64,000 bases of DNA from Bacteroidales bacterium. Lineage in GTDB: Bacteria; Bacteroidota; Bacteroidia; Bacteroidales; JAAYJT01. Positions 8,867-19,419 of this stretch are shown here, piece by piece. Below the pieces are notes generated by a model, which made no database searches, was not told the DNA's origin, and saw only the letters and a program-made list of their open reading frames with translations. The position numbers and the translations under genes were made by a program. Every line of letters begins with the position of its first letter. The first letter of the stretch is position 1. Location: positions 34,082 through 98,081 of the forward strand of contig JACZJK010000040.1 in NCBI GenBank assembly GCA_014860575.1. Direction: 5' to 3'.

Positions 8867-9694
8867 ATGGAAAACCTGAATTTAAATGAAATCAATTTTG
8901 ACATGTTTAGGATTTTGTTGGTCGAATACGGCGCCAGGGTGCTTGGGGCTATCCTGGTACTTATCGTTGGTTGGCGGATAATCGCAATGATCAGGCGGGC
9001 AATGACCAGGGTAATGGACAAACGGGAAATCGACCCCTCTCTCAAATCCTTTTTACGGGGTTTGTTTGTGAACCTGCTCAGGATCATGCTTATCATCAGC
9101 ATACTTGGCATGGTAGGCATTGAGATGACTTCTTTCATTGCAGTAATCGGCGCCGCAGGTCTTGCCATTGGATTAGCTCTTTCTGGCACACTGCAAAACT
9201 TCGCCGGTGGAGTGATCATTCTTTTATTAAAGCCATTTAAAGTTGGAGATTTTGTGGAAGCACAGGGATATGCAGGTACAGTGAAAGAAATTCAGATTTT
9301 TAACACCATCCTGAAAACAATTGATAATAAAACAGTCATCATCCCTAATGGGGTACTTGCCACGGGATCAATGATCAATTTTTCTACCGAACCAATGCGG
9401 CGGGTTGACTGGACATTTGGTATTGCTTATGGCGACAACGCAAGCAAGGCCAGGGATTTGCTTTTGGATCTGATGAAATCTGATGAACGCATTGTCGCAG
9501 AACCTGAACCTTTTGTCGCAATTTCAGCGCTTGCCGATAGCTCTGTTAATTTCACCGTGAGGGCATGGGTCAAATCCGCTGATTATTGGACTGTATTTTT
9601 TGAGATGAACCAAAAGGTGTATGAAGCCTTCCCGCAGAATGGGCTGAACATTCCGTTCCCGCAAATGGATGTTCACTTATCTCAGCAGAAATAA
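8867..9694 (+). CDS. mechanosensitive ion channel, MscS family
   Basis: 275 aa with three N-terminal TM helices. The MscS beta-domain pattern follows (FKVGDFVEAQGYAGTVKEIQIFNTILKTIDNKTVIIPNG). Confidence 0.85.
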   Translation: MENLNLNEINFDMFRILLVEYGARVLGAILVLIVGWRIIAMIRRAMTRVMDKREIDPSLKSFLRGLFVNLLRIMLIISILGMVGIEMTSFIAVIGAAGLAIGLALSGTLQNFAGGVIILLLKPFKVGDFVEAQGYAGTVKEIQIFNTILKTIDNKTVIIPNGVLATGSMINFSTEPMRRVDWTFGIAYGDNASKARDLLLDLMKSDERIVAEPEPFVAISALADSSVNFTVRAWVKSADYWTVFFEMNQKVYEAFPQNGLNIPFPQMDVHLSQQK

Positions 9695-9724
9695 TATTGG
9701 GAATATCAGTTTATTAATAAAAAT

Positions 9725-9761
9725 GCTGATAAGGTTCGCATAAATACCGAACCTTATCAGC
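9725..9761. terminator. bidirectional terminator hairpin between convergent genes
   Basis: Perfect 14-bp stem gctgataaggttcg/cgaaccttatcagc with a 9-nt loop. A/T-runs flank both sides. Confidence 0.7.
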
Positions 9762-9792
9762 ACTTTTAAGTTGTGGGTTTGTATGTTTGGCT

Positions 9793-11484
9793 CTAATTGA
9801 CTACTGTTATTTTTTGTGTCAATGTTTGATCGCCGATTAAACCCCTGATGAGATACATCCCTGGTTTCAAGGCGCTCGCATCAACAATTAGCTGATGCAT
9901 TCCTGCGTCAAATTTCCCTTTGGCTAATTGCGATTGCAATTGTCCCATAAGGTTGTAAACAGCTACCTCAATCTCAGTATTTGTTGCAAGGCTGAACTCA
10001 AGAATGCCGAAGTCATGTACAGGGTTTGGGAAAAATACAACCTGTCCTGCTTTATCCGGTTCATTTATACTCAATGTATTGCCTACATCAAATTGCGCTT
10101 TAGCCATGCTGCCAAAGGTTGTGCCAAGCAAAATCTGGGTATTCGTACCATAATACAAAAGGAAAAATCCCGGCGGCTGAAGTCCGTTTCCGGCAGCATC
10201 GTTAATTGTGAATTCATAGCATCCCAGGTTGTCGAAAGGCAAAGCGATTTCATGGATTTCACCAGGGACTGTATAAGAACCGCCGCTGAAAACAACTTCT
10301 CCACTCATATCTTTCACGTCCCATGTAATATCCTGGGGGCTGTTATCAAGGCGAAGTCTTAACTTCACCTCGTTCGGGGTGGCAATAGAACGGTCGAAAG
10401 AATAAGTTGCAATATTGTTGTTTTCAAAACCATCTGTTGTGCCGTTTACATTTTCAAGGATAATTTCGAGTTCGTTTTCCGGCAGCACCACATAGGCTAA
10501 TGCGGGAAGCTCTACCTGTTCTGTTTCCAGGAAGTCCAGATTACCGGTCCAGTTGTATATCATTGGTTCTTCACCATTCGTTGAATAAACGATATCCATC
10601 GAGATTAATGGATCGGAGCCATAATTGGCAACAGTCACAATGGGTGCAAGGTTTCCTGAACAGTCGGTTGGAGCAAGGTTCGAAATTTTTAGCAAAGCTG
10701 CATCTGTGTCGAAGTACGCCAGGAAAAGTTCATTGTCGCTATTGGCAGCCTGTTGAACACTTTTTGATACATTTTGCTGCACAAAACCAACAACACCCAA
10801 CTGGCTCATATTATAAATATTTGCCAGTTTCCATGATTCTTTAATGATAATGTAGTCGCCTTCCTGCCAGGCAGTTGCCAGGTCAGTTCCATTTTGGTTT
10901 GGAAGCATCTTTTTCATTACATCATGAAATACCATTTCACCGTTGCTACCGGGAGGTGATGTGAAAGTGATTGTTTTCTCAATCACAACCATATGGGCTT
11001 TAAAAGTGCCTGTGATATCCTGCGCTGCCCTTATTCGCATAATCACATGAATTGAGTCCTGTGCAGTCGAAAGGTAATGATGCATGTCAATCTCAAAAGG
11101 TGATGGCAGCGCGTAATACTGATCTATCAGGGCCTGTGTGAACCCATGAGGTCCTCCGGGATAACTAAATCCTGCGCCGGAAGGTTTGTATCCGTCGATC
11201 ACTGCAGTTGGAACCCCATTAATGTTATAATAGGAAACCCGTGCATTGTTTTCAGCAACATTATGATTGTGCATGGGATCGTAACCTGGAAAATACCAGT
11301 GATACTTTATAGCGGTAAGTTTATGCCTGTTTGCATTCAACAGGGCATCAAATGCAGGGTTCTGAGAGGCGCAAGGGCCGCAGGAAGCGTTGGTTGCTTC
11401 TTCAATAAGAACGAGGCGTTGTGTTTGGGCAGAGATTCCCAGAGAAAGGCTTGCGAAAAATAAAAGAAGTAAAATGTGTTTCAT
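9793..11484 (-). CDS. T9SS-sorted surface protein with N-terminal thioredoxin-like CGPC region
   Basis: 563 aa with a signal peptide. EEATNASCGPCASQNP resembles Omp28-related/thioredoxin-fold Bacteroidota proteins. C-terminal FFPNPVHD...GMYLIRG is a T9SS CTD. Confidence 0.65.
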   Translation of the reverse strand: MKHILLLLFFASLSLGISAQTQRLVLIEEATNASCGPCASQNPAFDALLNANRHKLTAIKYHWYFPGYDPMHNHNVAENNARVSYYNINGVPTAVIDGYKPSGAGFSYPGGPHGFTQALIDQYYALPSPFEIDMHHYLSTAQDSIHVIMRIRAAQDITGTFKAHMVVIEKTITFTSPPGSNGEMVFHDVMKKMLPNQNGTDLATAWQEGDYIIIKESWKLANIYNMSQLGVVGFVQQNVSKSVQQAANSDNELFLAYFDTDAALLKISNLAPTDCSGNLAPIVTVANYGSDPLISMDIVYSTNGEEPMIYNWTGNLDFLETEQVELPALAYVVLPENELEIILENVNGTTDGFENNNIATYSFDRSIATPNEVKLRLRLDNSPQDITWDVKDMSGEVVFSGGSYTVPGEIHEIALPFDNLGCYEFTINDAAGNGLQPPGFFLLYYGTNTQILLGTTFGSMAKAQFDVGNTLSINEPDKAGQVVFFPNPVHDFGILEFSLATNTEIEVAVYNLMGQLQSQLAKGKFDAGMHQLIVDASALKPGMYLIRGLIGDQTLTQKITVVN

Positions 11485-11672
11485 GGCTCTGATATTGAAA
11501 TGAATATAAATGTGAGGACAAAACTTTTTTGTCTCTTGATCAATCGTTTATCATTTGCAAAGTTGACTGCAAATATAAGCCATGTAAAGCATAAAGGCCG
11601 CTATCTTCAACCTGAATCTTTGATTTTTTTGTTATAAACAGGATTGTAGATATGATTTTTCATGAAAAGAAC

Positions 11673-11680
11673 TATCTTTG
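11673..11680 (+). promoter_or_regulatory. candidate -7 promoter box (TAtcTTTG)
   Basis: TAnnTTTG motif 64 nt upstream of the ATG at 11744. Confidence 0.4.
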
Positions 11681-11743
11681 TACATTCAAATAAAATCCTG
11701 CACGATTATTGCTTTAGCTATTTGCTCTTAAATTTCACACAAT

Positions 11744-12487
11744 ATGAAAAAAATAGTTTTACTCCTTCCGATCCTTTTGTTGACCTTTTTTGTAGCATTT
11801 TCGCAAAGCTTTACGCTTTCCGACGCCAATGGCCCGTTAACACACGATACAATTATTGAGATACTCGCACCACCCAGTCAGGATGTTGTGGAAGTTCATG
11901 TTTACATGACCAATACTTCCTCACAGGAAATAAACCTGCTAGTAAAAAAACAAGAGTTAGAAATTCTTGAGGGTTCGATGAATACTTTTTGTTTTAATCA
12001 ATTATGCTTCCCGCCTCATGTCATGGTGGCGCCTTATCCCCTTTTAGTGCCGCCGGGAGTGACTACGGGAGACATTGATTTTTACGGAGATTATTATCCT
12101 TTCGGGATTTCAGGGCATTCTTTAATCAGGTATACTTTTTTTATAGAGCAAAACCCCAATGATTCTCTAAGTGTTGTGATCAAATATATAACAGGAAATG
12201 TAGGGATCAGCGAACATTTTGCCAGCAAATCTAAAATTTCCAAACCTTACCCAAACCCTGCTTCTTCCTCGGTTTCATTTGATCTGGACTTGCCCTTGCA
12301 AGTTGGTGATGCAGGAATAGTTATCAGAAACCTACTCGGCGCCGAAGTGATGAGATTCCCAGTGAACAACCGGACAGGAAGGATAACTTTACCCGTGGAA
12401 CAGCTTACAGAAGGCTTGTATTTTTACACACTTACAATCCAGGGCGATTACCCGGTACAAACTGGTAGAATCGTGATCCAGAAATAG
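11744..12487 (+). CDS. small T9SS-sorted secreted protein, function unknown
   Basis: 247 aa with a signal peptide. C-terminal PYPNPASSSVSF...GLYFYTLTI is a T9SS CTD. Confidence 0.7.
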   Translation: MKKIVLLLPILLLTFFVAFSQSFTLSDANGPLTHDTIIEILAPPSQDVVEVHVYMTNTSSQEINLLVKKQELEILEGSMNTFCFNQLCFPPHVMVAPYPLLVPPGVTTGDIDFYGDYYPFGISGHSLIRYTFFIEQNPNDSLSVVIKYITGNVGISEHFASKSKISKPYPNPASSSVSFDLDLPLQVGDAGIVIRNLLGAEVMRFPVNNRTGRITLPVEQLTEGLYFYTLTIQGDYPVQTGRIVIQK

Positions 12488-12526
12488 GTTTATACCCTAT
12501 CTCTGAAGTTCATGGTTTCAAAATTT

Positions 12527-13018
12527 TTATAAATAATTATTCAGGATCGCAGGCAGTTCATTCCATTTGGCTAGGATGTGATCAGCCTGTGGATAATTTC
12601 CTTCGATCCTTTTTTCATGGAACCAAATAGTGGTCAGTCCGGCTTCTTTTGCCGGGGCAATATCTTTTTCATAAAGATTGCCGATGGAAATGCAGTTCCC
12701 TGAAACGTTATTAACCGCCTTTGCGATCCGAATAAAAAACTCCGGATCGGGCTTTGCGCACCCGAGTTCGGAAGAAGAAAAGAAGTGATCAAAGTATTGA
12801 TCAGCGCCCACTCGTTTCAGCGCAGCAATCATGTCGGTTGTATCAGAATGTTTTGCGCTGGTGGCTATGCAACAAACGAAATTCCTGCTTACTTCTTCCA
12901 GCATTTTTTCTGCGCCGGGCACCCATTCCACCCTTTCCCAATCTTTCATTGCGCCGCCAAGATCCAGGTCCCTCATGATGGTATCACCCCAGTCAAAAAT
13001 CAATGTGTTTTTTCTCAC
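12527..13018 (-). CDS. HAD-superfamily hydrolase
   Basis: 163 aa. Motif I is FDWGDT, followed by later S/T and K...D motifs (IATSA, GCAKPD, IGNLYEKD). A GTG start overlaps the stop of the upstream gene. Confidence 0.7.
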   Translation of the reverse strand: MRKNTLIFDWGDTIMRDLDLGGAMKDWERVEWVPGAEKMLEEVSRNFVCCIATSAKHSDTTDMIAALKRVGADQYFDHFFSSSELGCAKPDPEFFIRIAKAVNNVSGNCISIGNLYEKDIAPAKEAGLTTIWFHEKRIEGNYPQADHILAKWNELPAILNNYL

Positions 13019-13752
13019 GACATTTCAGTGTTTATCAGGTTATTGATCTTTCCATCCTCGTAGAATGGGATCGCATTGGAAATGTTGAGTCTTGTGCATT
13101 GGACTATGTCCTTTTCATAACCCAGCGCTTTTAACCTGCGTGCATGGTTGCAAGTTGATAGCACTTGCGCCAGATCCTTTTTGTTGGCCTTCCACAAATT
13201 CGAGGCAACAACTGCAGCATCGGAAGTGATTATGAAAAGTTTGCTTTGCGAGATTTCTTCAACGAATGCCCCTGCGCAAATCGTATCTTCGAGACTGAAT
13301 TGGTTTTTCCAACCGGCGCATAATATCAATACATGAGTTTGCTGCTTAATAAGATGTTTGCTCAATGCTTCAAGGTTCGAGAAAGCACCCAGATACAGGC
13401 GGTTTTCCTTTGCTGCAAGTTGGATGGCTTTGGTTCCGTTGGTTGTGAGATAAACAATGTTTTTCCCGGCAATGGCTCTGTTATCAAAATCGAAAGGGGA
13501 GTTGCCTAAATCAGCGTAAGCATGTTTGATCCCATCCTTTTCGCCGGCAATCAAACATCCTTTTTTCTTCCCTTCGAGTGCTTCTTTTTTACTGGCAACC
13601 GGAATGATGCTTTCCGCACCATAATCGAAGGCAGCAATCATGGAAGTGGTGGCTCGGAAAACATCCACAACCACCACTATTTGATTTCTTTTTTTATCCG
13701 TGAAAGGAAAAAGCGCCGGAGACAAACAAATCTCTATGGATAATGCCTGCAT
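13015..13752 (-). CDS. 2-phosphosulfolactate phosphatase (ComB) family protein
   Basis: 245 aa. VVVDVFRATTSMIAA and GEKDG match ComB-family signatures as I recall them. Confidence 0.65.
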   Translation of the reverse strand: MQALSIEICLSPALFPFTDKKRNQIVVVVDVFRATTSMIAAFDYGAESIIPVASKKEALEGKKKGCLIAGEKDGIKHAYADLGNSPFDFDNRAIAGKNIVYLTTNGTKAIQLAAKENRLYLGAFSNLEALSKHLIKQQTHVLILCAGWKNQFSLEDTICAGAFVEEISQSKLFIITSDAAVVASNLWKANKKDLAQVLSTCNHARRLKALGYEKDIVQCTRLNISNAIPFYEDGKINNLINTEMS

Positions 13753-13769
13753 TGCCTTTGCATTGAAAT

Positions 13770-14858
13770 TTAGCCTTTGTAAAACGGAAACTTAACCACT
13801 TTGGCTTTGAGGGGTTTGTTGCGAACCATGATACTGATCTGGGTATCAAGTGCGCTGAAGGCTGTTTTCACATAACCCATTCCAACACCGATTTTTAGCG
13901 AAGGCGACATGGTTCCGGAAGTTACTTCGCCAATAATATTACCGTCATCATCGGCTATTTCGTAATGCTGGCGTGGAATTCCCTTGTCAATCATTTCGAA
14001 GCCGACAAGTTTCTGTGTAACTCCTTCCTGCTTTTGTTTTAAGAGGGAAGTTTTATTAATAAAATCCTTATGATCCGCAAATTTTGTGATCCAACCCAGG
14101 CCGGCTTCTATTGGAGAGGTTGTATCGTTTATATCGTTTCCGTAAAGGCAAAAACCCATTTCAAGGCGAAGCGTATCGCGGGCAGCCAAACCAATTGGTT
14201 TGATACCAAAGAACTTTCCGGCTTCAAAAACTGCGTTCCATATTGTTTCAGCATCTTCGTTGGCCATATAAATTTCGCAACCGCCTGATCCGGTGTAACC
14301 GGTAATTGAGAAAATCACTTCTTTCACTCCTGCAAATTCAATTTTCTTAAAAGTGTAATATTCCATGTCCATGATAGGATCCGGAGTGAGTTTCTGCATA
14401 GCTTCCAGCGCCTTTGGTCCCTGCACAGCAAGTTGGGATATTTCGTCCGAAGCATTATAAAGTGAAGCGCCGAACTTGTTTTGGGAATTTATCCAGTTCC
14501 AGTCTTTTTCGATGTTCGATGCATTGACAACAAGTAAATAGGTTTCGGCATCAACACGGTAAACAAGCAAGTCGTCAACAATTCCGCCGTTTTCATTCGG
14601 GAAGCAGGAGTATTGAATTTTACCGTCATAAAGTTTGGATACATCATTTGAAGTTACCCATTGCAGAAAGTCAAGAGCTTTGGGTCCTTTTACCCAAATC
14701 TCGCCCATGTGTGAAACATCAAATACTCCAATGCCTTTCCTCACAGTTTCGTGTTCAATATTAATACCTTCAAATTGAACCGGCATAATATACCCGGCAA
14801 AAGGAATCATTTTTGCGCCCATGGCTTCATGAAATTTGCGGAAAGCTGTGCTCTTCAT
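13770..14858 (-). CDS. gcvT: glycine cleavage system aminomethyltransferase (T protein)
   Basis: 362 aa. N-terminal FAGY.MPVQF..I..EH..VR...G.FDVSHMG and full-length colinearity with GcvT. Confidence 0.9.
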   Translation of the reverse strand: MKSTAFRKFHEAMGAKMIPFAGYIMPVQFEGINIEHETVRKGIGVFDVSHMGEIWVKGPKALDFLQWVTSNDVSKLYDGKIQYSCFPNENGGIVDDLLVYRVDAETYLLVVNASNIEKDWNWINSQNKFGASLYNASDEISQLAVQGPKALEAMQKLTPDPIMDMEYYTFKKIEFAGVKEVIFSITGYTGSGGCEIYMANEDAETIWNAVFEAGKFFGIKPIGLAARDTLRLEMGFCLYGNDINDTTSPIEAGLGWITKFADHKDFINKTSLLKQKQEGVTQKLVGFEMIDKGIPRQHYEIADDDGNIIGEVTSGTMSPSLKIGVGMGYVKTAFSALDTQISIMVRNKPLKAKVVKFPFYKG

Positions 14859-14900
14859 AATCGTGTAGTTTTAATATTAGAGGGTCGTGTTAAAGTAAGG

Positions 14901-14908
14901 CAAAAGTA
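14901..14908 (-). promoter_or_regulatory. candidate -7 promoter box for gcvT (TActTTTG on - strand)
   Basis: Reverse complement of caaaagta, 43 nt upstream of the gcvT ATG at 14858. This leaves too little leader for a riboswitch. Confidence 0.4.
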
Positions 14909-15056
14909 CTAAATTGTTTAAGCTGAAATAATTTTCTGGCAGATAATAGCATCTCCTGATTCTATCTTTTTAAATGTGCACGTTTCTTTTTTACCTTGGT
15001 GAAGGACTATATTTAGTTCATGAAAAAATAAATATTTGTTAATCAGATTTTAGTTT

Positions 15057-15064
15057 TATCTTTG
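15057..15064 (+). promoter_or_regulatory. candidate -7 promoter box for rho (TAtcTTTG) with TTG at 15036-15038
   Basis: TAnnTTTG plus an upstream TTG at 18-nt spacing. This would give a ~120-nt C-rich/G-poor leader before the rho ATG at 15189. Confidence 0.35.
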
Positions 15065-15188
15065 CATCATCATTTTCATCTCTGACTCTATTTGATTCTT
15101 CCTGAATTTTCAGTTAAGACCTTTTCTTATAAACAATTAACCAGCACGATTTTCTAATGCTGGCATTCCAAACACTCATTATTATTTT

Positions 15189-17165
15189 ATGTACGACATA
15201 GTTGAATTAAACGGCAAATTAGTAGCTGATTTAAAAGAGATTGCCCAGAATCTTAAAATTCCGCGGTATGAAAAACTCACAAAGCAAGACCTGATTTACA
15301 AGATCCTCGATCATCAGGCTTTGAATCCCCCCCAGGATATTCTTGATAAAGAACGAAAAGCCGATAGTCAACCACGCGGCAGACGAAAACGGATAATCAA
15401 AGAGGACAAAAGAAGCGATAACAAACCGCGACAGGAGAGGGATGACAATAAGCCCCGTAACGATCGCCCCGAGATCAAACCTATGCAGGAAAGAACCGGC
15501 GGTAAACTTCTGCATGAAAGTGCTGGTGAAAAACCTCGTCAAGAAAGAACTGAACACAAACCACAGCAGGCAACTAGGCCAGAACCGACACCACAGCCTG
15601 AGACTGTACAACCGGAAGCAAAACCACCCGTTGCTGAAAACCAGCCCAATCTGCCTGAAAAGGATGGAGCCCGTCATGATGACCGCAACAGAAAACCTGG
15701 AAAAGGTAACTTTCACCAGGATGATCGCAGAAAACCAGGCAGAAAACCGCATTCCTCTCAAGATAAGCAATCGGTAATTGAAGAACTTAAAACTTTTGAA
15801 GTTGATAATGGCGAACTAATCATTGATCCTGTTATTGAAAACCCTGTTGCTGAAAACGTTGAAACAAACATTTCAGAGATTCCTGAGGTAACACAAAATG
15901 AATCAGAAAGCCAGGCCGAAGTTGCAGCAACCGAATTGCAACAAGAACCCGATCGCCAGCAACGGGATCGCCATCAGGGTCAGAAAGATAATTTCAAGCC
16001 ACGCTATCCTGAGAAGCGTAGAGATAACCAGGATTCATTTGCTGATTTTGAAGGCATCGTGATCAGCGAAGGCGTACTCGAAATAATGCCGGATGGGTAT
16101 GGATTTTTGAGATCATCCGATTACAATTACCTGAATTCTCCCGACGATATTTACGTTTCGCAATCACAGATAAAGCTTTTTGGATTGAAAACCGGAGATA
16201 CCGTTCGCGGTACTATCAGGCCTCCAAAAGACGGTGAAAAATATTTTCCGCTCATTAAGATTGAGCTTATAAATGGTCGCACAACCGATGAGGTTCGCGA
16301 TCGTATTCCTTTTGACTTTCTCACACCTTTATTCCCTGAACAGAGATTCAAGATTACAGGGCACAAGAGCGAAACCCTGTCAACACGCATCATTGACTTG
16401 TTCACTCCGATCGGTAAGGGCCAGCGTGGTCTCATCGTAGCACAGCCTAAAACAGGTAAAACAGTTTTGCTTCAGGAAATAGCGAACGCAATAGCCGCCA
16501 ACCATCCGGAAGCTTACATGATTGTTTTACTGATTGATGAAAGACCTGAAGAAGTAACAGATATGGCTCGTAATGTTAAAGCCGAAGTAATTTCTTCAAC
16601 TTTTGATGAGCCAGCCGAAAAACATGTACGCATTGCGAACATTGTGCTCGAAAAGGCAAAACGACTGGTTGAATGTGGCCATGATGTTGTAATTCTGCTC
16701 GATTCAATTACACGTTTGGCCAGAGCTTACAACACTGTTTCCCCTGCATCGGGCAAGGTATTGTCGGGTGGGGTAGAGGCCAATGCCCTTCAGAAACCCA
16801 AAAGGTTTTTTGGCGCAGCCAGACAAATTGAGAACGGTGGTTCACTTACAATTCTTGCCACGGCACTTATTGATACCGGTTCGAAAATGGATGAGGTTAT
16901 TTTTGAAGAGTTCAAAGGCACCGGTAATATGGAACTGCAACTCGATCGGAAACTCGCCAACAAACGCATCTGGCCTGCCATTGATATTGTAGCTTCTAGT
17001 ACGCGCCGTGAGGAACTACTGGTTCAGAAAGATTTGTTGCAGCGCTTGTGGATACTCAGGAACCATCTTGCTGATATGAACGCAATTGAAGCTATGGAAT
17101 TTCTTAAAGACAGGATCAAGTTTACACAAAACAACGAAGAATTCCTGATCTCGATGAATAGCTAG
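15189..17165 (+). CDS. rho: transcription termination factor Rho with a ~240-aa disordered N-terminal insertion
   Basis: 658 aa. Canonical Rho elements are present: OB-fold GYGFLRS, Walker [13 protein letters not shown] and Walker [21 protein letters not shown]-rich low-complexity insert occupies aa ~45-285. Confidence 0.95.
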   Translation: MYDIVELNGKLVADLKEIAQNLKIPRYEKLTKQDLIYKILDHQALNPPQDILDKERKADSQPRGRRKRIIKEDKRSDNKPRQERDDNKPRNDRPEIKPMQERTGGKLLHESAGEKPRQERTEHKPQQATRPEPTPQPETVQPEAKPPVAENQPNLPEKDGARHDDRNRKPGKGNFHQDDRRKPGRKPHSSQDKQSVIEELKTFEVDNGELIIDPVIENPVAENVETNISEIPEVTQNESESQAEVAATELQQEPDRQQRDRHQGQKDNFKPRYPEKRRDNQDSFADFEGIVISEGVLEIMPDGYGFLRSSDYNYLNSPDDIYVSQSQIKLFGLKTGDTVRGTIRPPKDGEKYFPLIKIELINGRTTDEVRDRIPFDFLTPLFPEQRFKITGHKSETLSTRIIDLFTPIGKGQRGLIVAQPKTGKTVLLQEIANAIAANHPEAYMIVLLIDERPEEVTDMARNVKAEVISSTFDEPAEKHVRIANIVLEKAKRLVECGHDVVILLDSITRLARAYNTVSPASGKVLSGGVEANALQKPKRFFGAARQIENGGSLTILATALIDTGSKMDEVIFEEFKGTGNMELQLDRKLANKRIWPAIDIVASSTRREELLVQKDLLQRLWILRNHLADMNAIEAMEFLKDRIKFTQNNEEFLISMNS

Positions 17166-17186
17166 AAACTAAATGCAGATATAACG

Positions 17187-17225
17187 GGTTACTTGAATGC
17201 ATGGCAGGAGAGTAACCTTTTTTTA
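17187..17225 (+). terminator. candidate intrinsic terminator after rho
   Basis: 7-bp stem ggttact/agtaacc with a 17-nt loop, followed by a T8 run. It lies 22 nt after the rho stop. Confidence 0.45.
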
Positions 17226-17275
17226 TTTTACTTGTTTCAGAAACCTGTCATTATTGCTCAATCAATACTGTGGTG

Positions 17276-18541
17276 ATGCGAACCAGGAATAATATCAGAA
17301 TTTTTTTCAGGATACTCGGACCGGGGCTTATGTATGCCGGGGCTGCAGTGGGAGTATCGCACCTGGTGCAATCAACAAGGGCGGGCGCTGCTTATGGTTT
17401 TGATCTTCTGCTCATTGTTGTCATTGTCAATGTAATAAAGTATCCTTTTTTTGAAGCTGCACCCCGATATGTTCTCGGCACCGGAAAAAACCTTATTGAA
17501 GGTTATCACAGACTTGGCAAATACGCCGTCATTATCCTTGCGGTTCTTACGCTGATCACCATGTTTCCGATTCTGGCGGCTGTTTCTATTGTCACCACGG
17601 GAATATTCAGCCATGTATTTTCAATTGGCATGGATATCAATCATCTAAACACCATACTGCTTCTTGTGCTTATGCTGATTGTTTTGCTGGGTCAGTACAA
17701 AACCCTTGATAAAATAATCAAATGGGTTATTATTGCATTGGCTGTTTCAACTTTATTGGCTGTGGCGTTTTCCGCACGAAGCGGTTTTGAAACCGGAAAT
17801 TTTACCAATCACTTTGACTGGTTCAAGCGGGTTGATATCCTTTTTCTGATTGCCCTGATTGGTTGGATGCCAGCTCCTATAGATGTTTCGGTGTGGAGTT
17901 CAATGTGGTCCGAAGCCAAACTGAAAAACATGGGCAACAAACTTAAGCTGCGCGGAGCTTTACTTGACTTTAAAATCGGTTATTGGGGAACCACATTTCT
18001 TGCAGTAGCGTTTGTGTTGCTCGGAGCTTTTGTTATGCAGGGCAGCGGCGAAACCCTTGCAGCAGACGGAACCGGGTTCGCAAGGCAACTCATCAGTATG
18101 TACACTAGCAGCCTTGGATCATGGACCTATCCTGTAATTGTGATTGCAGCGCTGTCAACCATGCTCAGCACAACGATTACCGTACTGGATGCGTATCCAC
18201 GCATTTTGCGTCCTATTACCGAAATCCTTGTTCCAAGGTTCAAAGATGAAAAAGAAGGTCAGAATAAAATTTATCGTTTCTGGATGTTTACTTTGGTTGC
18301 CGGAACGATAATTTTGGTGAATTATTTATCCCAACCCATGCGGTTTATGGTTGATCTGGCCACTACACTTTCTTTTGTGACCGCGCCTATTTTCGCGGTT
18401 CTTAATTATAAGGTTCTAACACACAGCAATCTGCCGCTGCACGCAAGGCCTGCAAAGTGGATGCGGGTTTTTAGTATTTTTGGAATTGTATTTTTATCGC
18501 TTTTCAGCATTGTATTTATCATCTGGAGATTTTTTATCTAA
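17276..18541 (+). CDS. NRAMP-family divalent metal transporter
   Basis: About 421 aa. GPGLMYAGAAVGVSHLVQSTRAGA is N-terminal and about 11 hydrophobic segments follow. The ATG at 17276 is preferred over the GTG at 17270. Confidence 0.75.
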   Translation: MRTRNNIRIFFRILGPGLMYAGAAVGVSHLVQSTRAGAAYGFDLLLIVVIVNVIKYPFFEAAPRYVLGTGKNLIEGYHRLGKYAVIILAVLTLITMFPILAAVSIVTTGIFSHVFSIGMDINHLNTILLLVLMLIVLLGQYKTLDKIIKWVIIALAVSTLLAVAFSARSGFETGNFTNHFDWFKRVDILFLIALIGWMPAPIDVSVWSSMWSEAKLKNMGNKLKLRGALLDFKIGYWGTTFLAVAFVLLGAFVMQGSGETLAADGTGFARQLISMYTSSLGSWTYPVIVIAALSTMLSTTITVLDAYPRILRPITEILVPRFKDEKEGQNKIYRFWMFTLVAGTIILVNYLSQPMRFMVDLATTLSFVTAPIFAVLNYKVLTHSNLPLHARPAKWMRVFSIFGIVFLSLFSIVFIIWRFFI

Positions 18542-18552
18542 CACCTTGGCAA

Positions 18553-19419
18553 ATGAAAAAACTATTTACACTCATCTTGATATCCCTTTTTGCATTGGGA
18601 TGCCAGCAATCAAACAAAAGCGGGAAACCAGTTATTTCTGTGAGTATTTTACCTCAGAAATATTTTATCGAACGCATAGCCGGAGATCATTTTGAAATTC
18701 ATGTGATCACACCACCCGGTTCAAGTCCTGAAACCTATGAACCTGTTCCACAGCAGATGAAAACCCTGTCTCAGTCGGTTTTGTATTTCGCGAATGGTTA
18801 TCTGATGTTTGAAGATTACCTGGTTAAAAAATTGGGAGATGAACTCAGTGCAAAGATGGTTGATCTGAGCCAGGGAATTGATTTGATTGCCAGCGATATT
18901 GTTGAGCATGGCGATCATGTACACATCCACGGTGTTGATCCGCATTACTGGTTAGCAACCAACGAAGTTAGAATTCAGGCTGAAACAATCCTGAAAACAC
19001 TTTCAGCTTATGATCCTGAAAATGCTGAAACCTATGAAGCGAACTTTTCGGAGTTTGTCAAAGACATTGATGCATTGGATACACATATAAGAGAATTGCT
19101 TGCCGGTAGCAAAACAAAAGTCTTTCTAATTTACCATCCGGCCTTTGGATATCTGGCTCGGGAATACGGGCTTGAACAGGTAGCGATAGAAATGGATGGT
19201 AAAGAACCAACTGCTTCGCACATCAAAAGTGTTGTTGATCTTGTAACTGCAGAAGGTATCAATATGGTGCTTATACAAAGCCAGTTTAATATGGCGGCTG
19301 CGGAGGTGGTTGCAAAAGAAATTGGTGGAACTGTTGAAATTCTCAATCCCTTGCCGGAAGATTGGCTGGAAAATATGTATGCCATTGCGCATTCTTTTCA
19401 GAAAGCGTTGAATCCTTAG
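18553..19419 (+). CDS. metal ABC transporter substrate-binding lipoprotein (ZnuA/TroA family)
   Basis: 288 aa with lipobox LFALGC. His-rich loop EHGDHVHIHGVDPHYW. It starts 11 nt after the NRAMP stop. Confidence 0.85.
   Translation: MKKLFTLILISLFALGCQQSNKSGKPVISVSILPQKYFIERIAGDHFEIHVITPPGSSPETYEPVPQQMKTLSQSVLYFANGYLMFEDYLVKKLGDELSAKMVDLSQGIDLIASDIVEHGDHVHIHGVDPHYWLATNEVRIQAETILKTLSAYDPENAETYEANFSEFVKDIDALDTHIRELLAGSKTKVFLIYHPAFGYLAREYGLEQVAIEMDGKEPTASHIKSVVDLVTAEGINMVLIQSQFNMAAAEVVAKEIGGTVEILNPLPEDWLENMYAIAHSFQKALNP

Noticed and set aside
14859-14990. Glycine riboswitch upstream of gcvT, and similarly upstream of gcvP at 29104-29374.
   Set aside because: The gcvT leader is only about 35-45 nt if the TActTTTG box is the promoter, and I could not find the conserved glycine-aptamer core. 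The gcvP upstream region is occupied by the palindromic repeat instead.
15231-15777. Long shadow ORFs on both strands (179 aa on the minus strand, 111 aa on the plus strand) inside rho.
   Set aside because: They lie entirely within the low-complexity insertion of rho, whose own frame continues into unmistakable Rho domains. They are compositional artefacts.
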